Shown here: positions 9,063 through 19,324 of the stretch, in pieces | How the letters are laid out: every line of letters begins with the position of its first letter | Position numbering within the stretch: position 1 is the first letter of the stretch | NCBI GenBank assembly: GCA_041910335.1 | Contig: JAYRRF010000012.1 | Coordinates: forward strand, 3,728-67,727 | Length of the DNA: 64,000 nt | Source of the DNA: Candidatus Moraniibacteriota bacterium | GTDB taxonomy: Bacteria > Patescibacteriota > Minisyncoccia > Moranbacterales > UBA1568 | Direction: 5' to 3' | The notes under the pieces: generated by a model | What the model was told of the DNA's origin: nothing | Databases searched by the model: none | Seen by the model: only the letters and a program-made list of their open reading frames with translations | Program-made: the position numbers and the translations under genes

Positions 9063-9270
9063 CTCAAGACTTGTTTTGTAAAGTGATTTACTTTTCTCAA
9101 AAGGTCCGAGTAAATCAGACAGTCGCGAGTACATTTATTCGGCCCGTAAGTTTCAAAGCAGATGGTGCGATCAGCCGCTCCAAGTCAGTCTTAATAATCA
9201 TCCAATTAATCTCACAGACCCTACTTGTCTCTCGCCTCGAGACAAGGAGCACCAATGTGAGCGCTTTTTT

Positions 9271-12200
9271 ATGTCTCAAGCCAAGAAAGCTCTTCGAGTA
9301 AAAGACAGCTTCAGTAAGGATTCTTCTCTTGCTAAGCGACGATTTTTCAATAATCGTATCACTGTTTCTTTGCCGGACCTCATTGAGGTACAGAAAGATT
9401 CATATAAGTGGTTTTGGGACAAGGCTCTTAAAGAGCTTTTTGACGAAATTAACCCAGTAGCTGACTTCACTGGGAAAGATCTTGAGCTTTCTATTGTCGA
9501 CTACTATCTTGATGAACCAAAGTACAGCGCACTCACGGCAAAGAATAAGAATATCTCTTATGAGGCTCCTTTGCGTGCTAAGGCTCAGCTCGTCATGAAA
9601 AAGACCGGAGAGGTCAAAGAGCAAGAAATCTATCTTGGCGAATTCCCATTAATGACAGAAAGAGGTACGTTCATCATCAATGGTGTAGAGCGTGTCGTTG
9701 TTAGTCAGCTCATTCGCTCTCCAGGAGTGTTCTTTACAATGGAGTATTCAAAGGGTAAGAAGCTTTTCGGAGCGAAAATCATTCCAAACCGCGGTGCTTG
9801 GTTGGAAGTAGAGACAGATGTTGATGGTGTTATTTCAGTTAAGATTGATCGTAAGCGTAAGCTTCCTGTCACTACTCTTTTCCGCGCTTTTGGTTTTGAT
9901 GAAAAAGCCATGCGTAAAGCTTTCGAAGATATCGATACTGGTGCTGTAAAGTTCATCGAGAACACTCTTCTTAAAGACACTACTACCAATCAGGGTGAGG
10001 CCTATCGAGAAGTCTATAAGCGTCTTCGTCCAGGAGACCTCGCGACAGAAGATAACGCCAAGCAAATGATTGACGCTATGTTCTTCAACTTCGAGCGTTA
10101 TGACTTCGGTTCAGTAGGACGTTACCGTTTGAATCAACGCTTGAATGTCGAGCGAGCTGATGTCGAAGAAAACCGTATTTTGAACACCGATGACCTTGTA
10201 CTCATCGTGAGTGAAGTCATTCGTCTGATGAATGATCCAGAAGGACGTGCAGATGATATCGATCATCTCGGTAACCGTCGTGTCCGTGCTGTGGGTGAAT
10301 TGATTCAGAACAAACTCCGTGTGGGTCTTTACCGCATGGTCCGTAACATCAAGGATCGTATGAGTACCTGTGACCCAGAAACAGTCGTACCAGGTCAACT
10401 CATCAATCCTCGTCCAGTTGCTGCTTCAGTGAAGGAGTTTTTCTCAAGTTCACAATTGTCACAGTTCATGGACCAGGTGAATCCACTGGCTGAGTTGGAA
10501 CACAAGCGCCGTTTGTCTGCGATGGGTCCTGGTGGACTTACTCGTGAACGCGCTGGTTTCGAAGTGCGTGATGTTCACCACTCTCACTATGGAAGAATTT
10601 GTCCGATTGAAACTCCAGAAGGTCCAAACATCGGTCTCGTCGGCCACCTCGCAAGCTATGCTCGTGTCAACGAGTACGGTTTCTTGGAGACTCCTTACTT
10701 GATTGTCAAACACGAAGTCAAAGCAACGGCAGAAGAGCTTGAGAATCGAATGCTCGTCGAAGGAGTGAGTGGTGTTGCTAAGGCTGGTGAAAAATTATCT
10801 GCAGCAACTGCCAAAAAAGTAGCTGACAAACTCAAGGGAGAGGTGGTGGCCGTAAAGCCATTCGTTACGCTTGATATCGAATACCTCAATGCTATCGTTG
10901 AAGACCGTAAAATCATCGCTCACGCTGGAGTAGAGCTCGATGAGCACCGCAACTTTGTTGGTGCACTCGTGGAAGCTCGTGTGAAGGGTCACCCAGAGAC
11001 GATTGATGCGGCCGCTCTCGACTTCATGGATGTTTCTGTGAAGCAGTGTATCTCTATAGCAACTGCCCTTATTCCTTTCTTGGAACATGATGATGCCAAC
11101 CGTGCTTTGATGGGTTCTAACATGCAACGTCAGGCTGTTTCTTGTGTCGTACCTGAGTCACCGATTGTGGGAACAGGGATCGAAGACAAGGCCGCTCGCG
11201 ATTCAGGACAAGTCGTCTTGGCTGATGCTGATGGAGAAGTTGTAGAAGTAGATGGAGGTCATATCGTCCTTCGTACCAAGGCTCCAGCTGGCTCTAAGAA
11301 AGAATTCAAAGACTACGAATACATCCTACAGACTTTCGAAAAATCAAACGCGTTTACCAGTATGAACCAGGTCCCTCGTGTCACGAAGGGTCAGAAAGTC
11401 AAACAGGGAGATTTGCTGGCTGACGGTGCTTCTACCGATCATGGAGAGCTCGCTCTTGGACAGAACATGGTCGTAGCTTTCGCTCCATGGGATGGATACA
11501 ACTACGAAGATGCCATCATTGTTTCAGAGCGTATCGTACAGACTGATCGTTGGAGTTCTATCCATATTGAGGACTTCTCGCTCGACGTCCGTGATACTAA
11601 GCTTGGACCGGAGGTCATCACTCGTGACATCCCGAATATCGGTGAAGATCGTCTGAAGAATCTCGATGAGAACGGTATCATCCGCATTGGAGCAGAGATT
11701 GCCTCTGGTGATATCATGGTCGGAAAAATCACTCCGAAGGGAGAGGGTGACCTCACTGCTGAAGAACGGTTGCTCCGTGTTATCTTTGGTGAAAAATCCC
11801 GTGACGTCAAAGACTCTTCTATGTACCTGCCTCATGGTGAGCGCGGTAAAGTAGTAGATGTCAAAATCTTTTCACGTGAACGTGGTGACAAACTTCCAAT
11901 GGGCGTCTTCCAGCAGATTCAGGTATCAGTCGCCAACATGCGTAAGATCAGTGTCGGCGATAAGTTGGCTGGTCGTCACGGAAACAAAGGTGTTATCTCT
12001 AAAATCGCGTCAGTCGAAGACATGCCATATCTACCAGATGGAACACCAGTAGACGTGATTTTGAACCCACTCGGTGTTGCCTCACGTATGAACATCGGAC
12101 AGATTTTGGAGACTCATCTTGGATGGGCTGCGAAGAACCTTGGTTACAAGGTGGCTAGTTCTTCTTTGGACGGTGTGTCTGAAGCGGATATCAAGGCTCA

Positions 12201-12675
12201 GTTGCGTGAAGCAGGTCTTCCTGAACACGGTAAGATGCGTCTCGTCAACGGCAAGACTGGTGAAGCCTATGACAATGAGTCTACGGTAGGAGTGATGTAT
12301 ATCTTGAAGCTCAATCACCTTATCGACGACAAGATTCACATGCGTTCTATCGGACCGTACTCTCTCATTACCCAGCAGCCGCTCGGTGGTAAGGCTCAGT
12401 TCGGTGGACAGCGCTTCGGAGAAATGGAAGTGTGGGCATTGGAAGGATACGGTGCGGCCCACACCCTGCAGGAAATGCTTACGATCAAGAGTGATGACGT
12501 CTTGGGTCGCTCGAAAGCATACGAGTCTATCATCAAGGGTGAAGCTATCAAGAGTCCAAATCTTCCAGCTTCATTCCACGTGCTCGTCAATGAACTCAAG
12601 GGCCTCTGCCTCAACGTTGAACTCAAGGGAGTAAAGACGGTAGATGTATCAGAGGATGAGCCAGATACTGTTTAA
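9271..12675 (+). CDS. rpoB: RNA polymerase subunit beta
   Basis: GDKLAGRHGNKG, HDDANRALMGSNMQRQA, GGQRFGEMEVWALE. Confidence 0.99.
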   Translation: MSQAKKALRVKDSFSKDSSLAKRRFFNNRITVSLPDLIEVQKDSYKWFWDKALKELFDEINPVADFTGKDLELSIVDYYLDEPKYSALTAKNKNISYEAPLRAKAQLVMKKTGEVKEQEIYLGEFPLMTERGTFIINGVERVVVSQLIRSPGVFFTMEYSKGKKLFGAKIIPNRGAWLEVETDVDGVISVKIDRKRKLPVTTLFRAFGFDEKAMRKAFEDIDTGAVKFIENTLLKDTTTNQGEAYREVYKRLRPGDLATEDNAKQMIDAMFFNFERYDFGSVGRYRLNQRLNVERADVEENRILNTDDLVLIVSEVIRLMNDPEGRADDIDHLGNRRVRAVGELIQNKLRVGLYRMVRNIKDRMSTCDPETVVPGQLINPRPVAASVKEFFSSSQLSQFMDQVNPLAELEHKRRLSAMGPGGLTRERAGFEVRDVHHSHYGRICPIETPEGPNIGLVGHLASYARVNEYGFLETPYLIVKHEVKATAEELENRMLVEGVSGVAKAGEKLSAATAKKVADKLKGEVVAVKPFVTLDIEYLNAIVEDRKIIAHAGVELDEHRNFVGALVEARVKGHPETIDAAALDFMDVSVKQCISIATALIPFLEHDDANRALMGSNMQRQAVSCVVPESPIVGTGIEDKAARDSGQVVLADADGEVVEVDGGHIVLRTKAPAGSKKEFKDYEYILQTFEKSNAFTSMNQVPRVTKGQKVKQGDLLADGASTDHGELALGQNMVVAFAPWDGYNYEDAIIVSERIVQTDRWSSIHIEDFSLDVRDTKLGPEVITRDIPNIGEDRLKNLDENGIIRIGAEIASGDIMVGKITPKGEGDLTAEERLLRVIFGEKSRDVKDSSMYLPHGERGKVVDVKIFSRERGDKLPMGVFQQIQVSVANMRKISVGDKLAGRHGNKGVISKIASVEDMPYLPDGTPVDVILNPLGVASRMNIGQILETHLGWAAKNLGYKVASSSLDGVSEADIKAQLREAGLPEHGKMRLVNGKTGEAYDNESTVGVMYILKLNHLIDDKIHMRSIGPYSLITQQPLGGKAQFGGQRFGEMEVWALEGYGAAHTLQEMLTIKSDDVLGRSKAYESIIKGEAIKSPNLPASFHVLVNELKGLCLNVELKGVKTVDVSEDEPDTV

Positions 12676-12700
12676 ATCACTACACTAACGAAACAAACGT

Positions 12701-15700
12701 ATGAGCAATCCTATGGAAAACATAACGAAAGTGAGTGATTTCGACAGCGTGCGACTCACTCTCGCTAGCCCTGACCAGATTCTCGAGTGGTCACATGGTG
12801 AAATCAGCAAACCAGAAACCATCAACTACCGTACCCAGCGTTACGAACCAGATGGACTTTTCTGTGAGAAAATCTTCGGTCCTTCTAAGGACTGGGAGTG
12901 CTACTGTGGTAAGTACAAGCGTATTCGCTACAACGGTATCGTCTGTGACAAGTGTGGTGTCGAAGTGACACGCGCTATTGTTCGCCGTGAACGTATGGGT
13001 CACATCAAGTTGGCTACTCCGGTATCACATATCTGGTACCTTCGTGGAGTACCTTCAAAGATCGGTCTTGTTCTTGGTATTTCACCGCAAGACTTGGAGC
13101 GTGTCATTTACTTCTCTTCTTACATCATCATGGATGTCAATGAGAAGTTGAAAGAGCAGACACTTGATAGTCTTGAGAAAGAATACAAGGCCAAGCAGAA
13201 AGAACTGAAAGCAGGGGAAAAGAATGAGAAGATGCTTGAGGCTCGCTTGGATGAACTTAAAGATCAGTACAAGGCGACCAAGGATGAAATCAAAAACCTT
13301 CGTCCATACCAAATCGTTTCTGAAATCGAATACTTCAATCTCTCTAGTCGTTTCGGACAGGTCTTCACTGCCGGTATCGGCGCTGAAGCTATCCGTAAGA
13401 TCCTCGAGACTATCAATATCGATGAGAAACTCCAGGAACTTCGTGCAGAGCTTGAGTCTAATGAAAACGTTGACCAGAAGAAGCTCTTGCAGCGTCTGAA
13501 GGTGTACCAAGGTTTCCAAAAGGCAGAATTGAACTTCGAATGGATGTTGCCGACCGTATTGCCGGTTATTCCACCAGATCTTCGCCCAATGGTAGCTCTT
13601 GATGGTGGACGTTTTGCTACCTCTGACTTAAACGACCTGTATCGCCGTATCATCAACCGTAATAATCGTTTGAAGAAGTTGCAGGCTATCGGTGCTCCTG
13701 AAGTGATCACCCGTAACGAAAAGAGAATGCTCCAGGAAGCCGTCGACGCTCTCTTTGACAACAGTGCCCGTCGTGGACAGGCTTCTACCGCTGCCTCTAC
13801 TGGTCAGCGTCGAGCTCTCCGCTCACTCGCTGATGCCTTGAAGGGTAAGCAGGGACGTTTCCGTCAGAACCTCCTCGGTAAGCGTGTGGACTACTCTGGT
13901 CGTTCAGTTATTGTTGTTGGACCAAGTCTCAAGCTTCATCAATGTGGTTTGCCAAAGAAGATGGCTCTTGAGCTCTTTAAGCCGTTTATCATCAACAAGC
14001 TCATCGAAAAAGAGTACGCTCACAACGTGCGTACGGCTGGACGAATGGTAGATGCTGAAACTGAAGAGGCGTACGAAATCCTTGATCAGATCATCGAGCA
14101 TCACTACGTGCTCTTGAACCGCGCACCGACTCTTCACCGTCTCTCTATCCAGGCTTTCCAGCCAGTCCTTATCGAAGGTAAGGCTATCCGTCTTCACCCG
14201 ATGGTGTGTGAAGCGTTCAACGCTGACTTCGATGGTGACCAGATGGCGGTACACGTTCCATTGACTGACCAGGCTCGTCAGGAAAGTGCCAACATCATGC
14301 TCTCTTCTAAGAACTTACTCAAGCCTGCTTCTGGAGATCCTATCGTTTCCGCTCGTTTGGATATGGTGCTCGGTGGGTACTACCTCACTCACATCAAGCC
14401 AGAAGGGAAAGGAAAAGGAAAAATCTTCTCATCTATCAACGAAGCTATCTTGGCTTTCCAGAATGGATACGTCGACATCAACGTGGCTGTCAAATTGCTT
14501 TGGAATGGCCAGGTTATCGAGACCTCTGTTGGACGGGCTATGTTGAATGACATCCTTCCGGAAGAGCTCCAGTACGTCAACGAAGAAATGACCAAGAAAG
14601 AACTCAAGGTCTTGATGTCTCGTATCCTCGAAACCATGGGACAAGAGAAGGCAGCTATCTTTGCTGACCGTCTCAAGGACCTCACGTTCAAGTCAGTCTC
14701 TCGCTCAGGTATTAGCTGGGGAATGAATGATCTTATCGTTCCAACCGAAAAGAAAGAACTCATCTCAGTAGCTGAAGGTAAGGTCAAAGAAATTCATGAC
14801 CAGTACAACATGGGTCTTCTGACTGGAGAAGAGCGCCGTAACCGCGTCATCGAAATCTGGAATGACGCCAAGAATCAGATCACTGATGCTGTGCGTAATG
14901 CCATCAACAAAGAAGGTCCAGTTCACGCTATGGTCTACTCTAAGGCTCGTGGTTCTGAATCAGTGGTCGTACAGATGACTGGTATGAAGGGTCTGATGGC
15001 TGGGCCAACAGGTGAAACTATCGAACTTCCAGTCAAGAGCTCTTTCAAAGAAGGTTTCAATGTGTTGGAATACTTCATCTCTACTCACGGTGCTCGTAAG
15101 GGTATGGCTGATACTGCCCTTCGTACCGCTACCGCTGGATATCTCACTCGTCGTTTGGTAGATGTATCTCAGGATATCATTGTCCGTGATACAGACTGTG
15201 GTGATACAGAAGGAACATTCCTTTACCGTGAAGATTCCGAGAAGGTGGGTATTAGCTTCGCAAGCCGTGTCGAAGGTCGTGTTGTCATTGATGCTATCAA
15301 GCACCCAGAGACGAAGGAAGTACTCGTTAAGAAGAATACTCTGGTGAATAAAGCGGAAGCCAAACTCGTAGAAGAGGCTGGTATCCCAGCTGTAAAGATT
15401 CGTAGCTTGGTCAGCTGTCGTTCACGTCGCGGAGTCTGTCAGATGTGTTATGGTATTGACCTTGGCCGTAGTGCTTTGGTACAACTCGGTGCTTCTGTTG
15501 GAGTCGTGGCTGCACAGGCTATTGGTGAGCCAGGTACACAGCTTACTATGCGTACCTTCCACATCGGTGGTGTGGCCGGATCAGATATTACCCAGGGTCT
15601 CCCTCGTGTGGAAGAAATCTTCGAAGCCCGTAACCCAAAGACAGAAGCTATTCTTTGTGATGTTGACGGTCAGGTAGAAAAGATTGATAAGGACGTGAAG

Positions 15701-16336
15701 GCTATCAAGATTTTGGTCCGTGGCAATGACAAGCAGGCGTACGAGTACACCGTCCCAGCCAATGGAACTTTGAAGGTCAAGCAAAATGACTTGGTTGGTG
15801 TAGGGTCTGTTCTTTCTGAGGGTCACATTGACCTGAAGAAGCTCTACGCTGTGATGGGTCAGGAAGCGGTACACCGCTATATCATCCGTGAGATTCAGGA
15901 AATCTATGCTTCACAGGGTGAAGGTATCAATGACAAGCATATCGAAGTGATTATTCGTCAGATGATGTCTCGCTTCAAGATCGTTGATCCTGGTACGACG
16001 ATGCTCCTTCCGGGAGATGTCGTCGAACGTGATCAGTTCGAAGAAGCCAACGAAGAAGCTCGTAACGCCGGTGGTCGTGAGGCAACTGGTGAAGCGATGG
16101 TCTTGGGTATCACCAAGGTAGCTCTCTCTACAGAGTCATTCCTCTCATCAGCTTCATTTATGGAGACTGCTCGCGTACTCATCAATGCCTCTATTGCTGG
16201 TAAAGAAGATCGCCTCCGTGGTCTCAAGGAAAACGTCATCATTGGACGTCTTATCCCAGCCGGTACCGGCTATCGTGGACTTGATGGAGAACAAGAAGTT
16301 GCTTCCGCGGAAGTAACTGAAGAAGTAGTTGAGTAG
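12701..16336 (+). CDS. rpoC: RNA polymerase subunit beta-prime
   Basis: NADFDGDQMAVH catalytic motif, zinc-binding Cys motifs, GEPGTQLTMRTFH. Confidence 0.99.
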   Translation: MSNPMENITKVSDFDSVRLTLASPDQILEWSHGEISKPETINYRTQRYEPDGLFCEKIFGPSKDWECYCGKYKRIRYNGIVCDKCGVEVTRAIVRRERMGHIKLATPVSHIWYLRGVPSKIGLVLGISPQDLERVIYFSSYIIMDVNEKLKEQTLDSLEKEYKAKQKELKAGEKNEKMLEARLDELKDQYKATKDEIKNLRPYQIVSEIEYFNLSSRFGQVFTAGIGAEAIRKILETINIDEKLQELRAELESNENVDQKKLLQRLKVYQGFQKAELNFEWMLPTVLPVIPPDLRPMVALDGGRFATSDLNDLYRRIINRNNRLKKLQAIGAPEVITRNEKRMLQEAVDALFDNSARRGQASTAASTGQRRALRSLADALKGKQGRFRQNLLGKRVDYSGRSVIVVGPSLKLHQCGLPKKMALELFKPFIINKLIEKEYAHNVRTAGRMVDAETEEAYEILDQIIEHHYVLLNRAPTLHRLSIQAFQPVLIEGKAIRLHPMVCEAFNADFDGDQMAVHVPLTDQARQESANIMLSSKNLLKPASGDPIVSARLDMVLGGYYLTHIKPEGKGKGKIFSSINEAILAFQNGYVDINVAVKLLWNGQVIETSVGRAMLNDILPEELQYVNEEMTKKELKVLMSRILETMGQEKAAIFADRLKDLTFKSVSRSGISWGMNDLIVPTEKKELISVAEGKVKEIHDQYNMGLLTGEERRNRVIEIWNDAKNQITDAVRNAINKEGPVHAMVYSKARGSESVVVQMTGMKGLMAGPTGETIELPVKSSFKEGFNVLEYFISTHGARKGMADTALRTATAGYLTRRLVDVSQDIIVRDTDCGDTEGTFLYREDSEKVGISFASRVEGRVVIDAIKHPETKEVLVKKNTLVNKAEAKLVEEAGIPAVKIRSLVSCRSRRGVCQMCYGIDLGRSALVQLGASVGVVAAQAIGEPGTQLTMRTFHIGGVAGSDITQGLPRVEEIFEARNPKTEAILCDVDGQVEKIDKDVKAIKILVRGNDKQAYEYTVPANGTLKVKQNDLVGVGSVLSEGHIDLKKLYAVMGQEAVHRYIIREIQEIYASQGEGINDKHIEVIIRQMMSRFKIVDPGTTMLLPGDVVERDQFEEANEEARNAGGREATGEAMVLGITKVALSTESFLSSASFMETARVLINASIAGKEDRLRGLKENVIIGRLIPAGTGYRGLDGEQEVASAEVTEEVVE

Positions 16337-16361
16337 TTTCTCTCTCAGCAAACTTTCTACT

Positions 16362-16400
16362 AAAAAAGCCCTTGCAAAGGGGCTTTTTTTGTGCTATACT
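16362..16400 (+). terminator. rpoC terminator fused to downstream promoter
   Basis: AAAAAAGCCCTTGCAAAGGGGCTTTTTTT; TTGCAA 16372-16377, 17 bp, TATACT 16395-16400. Confidence 0.75.
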
Positions 16401-16475
16401 TAAAAGGTAATAGTAAAAACGGGTGCTTCTTTTGTGGAGGAATCCGTTTTTTCTTAACTAATAAAAATAAAAACT

Positions 16476-16811
16476 ATGTTTGGAAAAAAAGAATTTGGTT
16501 TAGCTGCCGCCGCTGCTCTGGCAGCCTGTAGTCCTGCCGAAAAAGCTCCAACAAAAGAAAGTAACCCTCAGGAAGAGGTATTCAAATATGTAAGCTCTTC
16601 TGATACCTATGAAGTAGATGAGCCAGACGCACTTCCAAATCCCGATGATGTGACTATTACCTCACGTGAGGGGAGTGCTGAAGATGCAGTGATAGAAAGT
16701 CCCGAGGCGCAATACACACCAGAACAAGAGCGACAGATTCTTTCTGGGACTACTGGTGAAGTTGATGGTATGACCACCGAAGAAATCAACAAGCTAGAGC
16801 CACCAAAATAA
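16476..16811 (+). CDS. Acidic hypothetical lipoprotein-like protein
   Basis: Short signal peptide with LAAC lipobox; low-complexity acidic body. Confidence 0.55.
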   Translation: MFGKKEFGLAAAAALAACSPAEKAPTKESNPQEEVFKYVSSSDTYEVDEPDALPNPDDVTITSREGSAEDAVIESPEAQYTPEQERQILSGTTGEVDGMTTEEINKLEPPK

Positions 16812-16823
16812 TGTAAACTCAAT

Positions 16824-16852
16824 GAAAAAGCCCTCACAAGAGGGCTTTTTTT
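16824..16852 (+). terminator. Intrinsic terminator
   Basis: AAAAAGCCCTC-ACAA-GAGGGCTTTTTTT. Confidence 0.75.
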
Positions 16853-16925
16853 GTCGGCTATTGGGTGATATACTCTATGTATTCGCGTCGGGCGTTTCAT
16901 AACATATAAAACCGTAAGTTTGGGT

Positions 16926-19301
16926 ATGGCCAAAAAGAAAAAAGAGTCAAAAAAGAAAGAAGAGGAGGTAGCCGAAGAAGAGACGTCGACTCTTTCGAGT
17001 ATTCTTCATGCAGATGCAAAGAAGAGCTTACTATTAGTATTTCTGATTACCTTTGGGCTTCTTTCTGTGCTCGGGTTTTTCGATGCGGCAGGACTTATTG
17101 GTCATTGGATAGACATGGGGATTGGTTCAATGTTTGGTTACGGGAAATGGCTTCTTCCTATCCTCCTCTTTAGCTTGGCTGGGATGATGCTCACACGTAA
17201 GACCACTACCACTGGTGATGTAGTCAAATACATCGGCATGGTGGTCATCTATCTGACACTCTTGGGTCTTATTCATATCTTCATGGGAGATGATACGAAG
17301 GCATACATGAAGGTAGCAGAGGCTGGTGAAGGTGGAGGCTACTTTGGCTATGCTGTAGCAGCTGGGTTTTTCGTGCTGGCCGGTAAAATGGCTGGAGTGA
17401 TTTTACTCCTGGCTTTTTTGGTCGCTGGTTTTATCATGACGTTTAATGTTTCTTTGATTGGTTTTTTCGAGGGGATATGGTTACGTTCGAGAGGGCTTCT
17501 GCAGAAACAGAAAAATGAAGAAGTCGGGGAAGCGGAAGAAATAGAAGAAGAGGGAGTTGAAGAAGAGGGGGAGGACGAGGAAGAAGCGCAAGAGCCAGAT
17601 CCGCTCGAAGAGCACAACATCATGAACTTTGAGTTTGTGGATGAAGATGATGCAGAGCTGCCCGATGAAGTGATTGAGGAAGAAGACGATGAAGAAGATG
17701 ATGAAGAAGAGCCTGCTCCGGTCGTCAAAAAACGCCGCCGCCGATCACGTTATGCTTGGAGGCTACCAGAGAAGGATCTCTTGGAGTCCAGTGGTGAAAA
17801 AGCTGTAGGGGGGGATATAGAGCACAATAAGAGTATTATTCAAAATACCCTTAAGTACTTCGGAATTGATGTAACACCAGGAGAAGTGAAGGAAGGTCCG
17901 ACAGTGACACAATATACTTTTGCGCCTGCTTTGGGTGTCAAAATCTCACGCATTACGACACTTAATAATGATCTTGCTCTGGCTTTGGCTAAGCATCCAA
18001 TTCGTATTGAAGCACCTATTCCCGGGAAGTCACTCATCGGTATCGAGGTCCCCAACAAACAAACTGCTAAGGTGCGCATGCGGAATCTCATCGAGATGAA
18101 AGAGTTTCGTGACCGCCCATCGAATCTCATGCTCGCACTTGGACAAGATGTGACGGGTAAGAATCTGATGGCAGACCTCCGTAAGATGCCTCATCTTCTT
18201 ATCGCTGGACGAACTGGTTCCGGAAAATCTGTCTGTATCAATACATTGCTTCTTTCCCTTCTGTATCAGAATTCCCCAGAGGATTTGAAGCTCATTTTGG
18301 TTGATCCCAAGCGAGTGGAGCTCTCAGCCTATAAAGGCATACCTCATCTCAAGACCGAAGTTATTGTGGAGAACAAGAAAGTGGTCAATGTGCTCAAGTG
18401 GGCGGTAGCTGAAATGGAAAGACGTTACAAAACTCTTGAAGAAGCTAAAGTGCGTGACCTCAAGACCTATCATGAAAAGCAGAGTCAGGGAGAGACCATT
18501 ACCCGAGTCAATCTAGAGACCAATGAGATTCGTGAAGAAGCGATGGAAAACCTTCCATACATTGTCATCGTCATTGATGAAATGGCTGACCTGATGTCGG
18601 CTCATGGAAAAGAGGTTGAGGCGCTTATTATTCGTCTTGCTCAGATGTCACGAGCAATCGGTATTCACCTCATTCTTGCTACCCAGCGTCCGAGTGTCGA
18701 GGTGTTGACCGGACTTATCAAAGCTAATATCCCAACACGTATTGCTTTCCAGGTGACGACACAGATAGATTCTCGTACGATTCTCGATAGCGGTGGAGCA
18801 GAGAAGCTCCTAGGGAATGGTGATATGCTGTACTCTTCTTCTGATGGCACAGAACTCAAGCGTCTTCAAGGAGTTTTCGTCTCAGATGATGAGGTCAAAC
18901 GAGTCACCAACTTCTTGCGTCAGCAGAAGAGCGATATGGGAGATGATGACGATGAGGATGTTTTTGGTGATGCAGATGAAAATGATCCACTAATGCAAGC
19001 CCTCAATGCTGTAGATAATGGTGCCGAACAAGATGATATGTATGTACGAGCCAAAGAGGTCATTATTGGCTCTGGCAAGGCCTCGACTACATCACTACAG
19101 ACGGTGCTGGGTATCGGATATCCAAAGGCAGCTCGCTTGATGAACCTGCTTGAAGAGAACGGCGTGGTTGGCATAGTAGATGGCAAGAAACAAGTGCTTG
19201 TTGGCAAAGCCAGTCAGGCAGCATCAGAGGATGACGATGAAAGTAAATATGGAGATGACCATCTTCGCGAGCAGGCGGACAGAGAAAAATGGCAAGTCTA
19301 A
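16926..19301 (+). CDS. ftsK: DNA translocase FtsK/SpoIIIE
   Basis: N-terminal TM domain, acidic linker, HLLIAGRTGSGKS Walker A, IVIDEMADLM, ATQRPSV, gamma domain. Confidence 0.96.
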   Translation: MAKKKKESKKKEEEVAEEETSTLSSILHADAKKSLLLVFLITFGLLSVLGFFDAAGLIGHWIDMGIGSMFGYGKWLLPILLFSLAGMMLTRKTTTTGDVVKYIGMVVIYLTLLGLIHIFMGDDTKAYMKVAEAGEGGGYFGYAVAAGFFVLAGKMAGVILLLAFLVAGFIMTFNVSLIGFFEGIWLRSRGLLQKQKNEEVGEAEEIEEEGVEEEGEDEEEAQEPDPLEEHNIMNFEFVDEDDAELPDEVIEEEDDEEDDEEEPAPVVKKRRRRSRYAWRLPEKDLLESSGEKAVGGDIEHNKSIIQNTLKYFGIDVTPGEVKEGPTVTQYTFAPALGVKISRITTLNNDLALALAKHPIRIEAPIPGKSLIGIEVPNKQTAKVRMRNLIEMKEFRDRPSNLMLALGQDVTGKNLMADLRKMPHLLIAGRTGSGKSVCINTLLLSLLYQNSPEDLKLILVDPKRVELSAYKGIPHLKTEVIVENKKVVNVLKWAVAEMERRYKTLEEAKVRDLKTYHEKQSQGETITRVNLETNEIREEAMENLPYIVIVIDEMADLMSAHGKEVEALIIRLAQMSRAIGIHLILATQRPSVEVLTGLIKANIPTRIAFQVTTQIDSRTILDSGGAEKLLGNGDMLYSSSDGTELKRLQGVFVSDDEVKRVTNFLRQQKSDMGDDDDEDVFGDADENDPLMQALNAVDNGAEQDDMYVRAKEVIIGSGKASTTSLQTVLGIGYPKAARLMNLLEENGVVGIVDGKKQVLVGKASQAASEDDDESKYGDDHLREQADREKWQV

Positions 19302-19324
19302 AAACGACTGATAAGAAGATATCT

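Noticed and set aside
9053-9301. 82-aa ORF over the rpoB leader
   Set aside because: TTG start lies within the promoter, no recognisable motif, region better explained as a structured UTR
17500-17715. GAA/GAT-rich repetitive stretch
   Set aside because: Encodes the acidic FtsK linker; not a DNA repeat array or CRISPR
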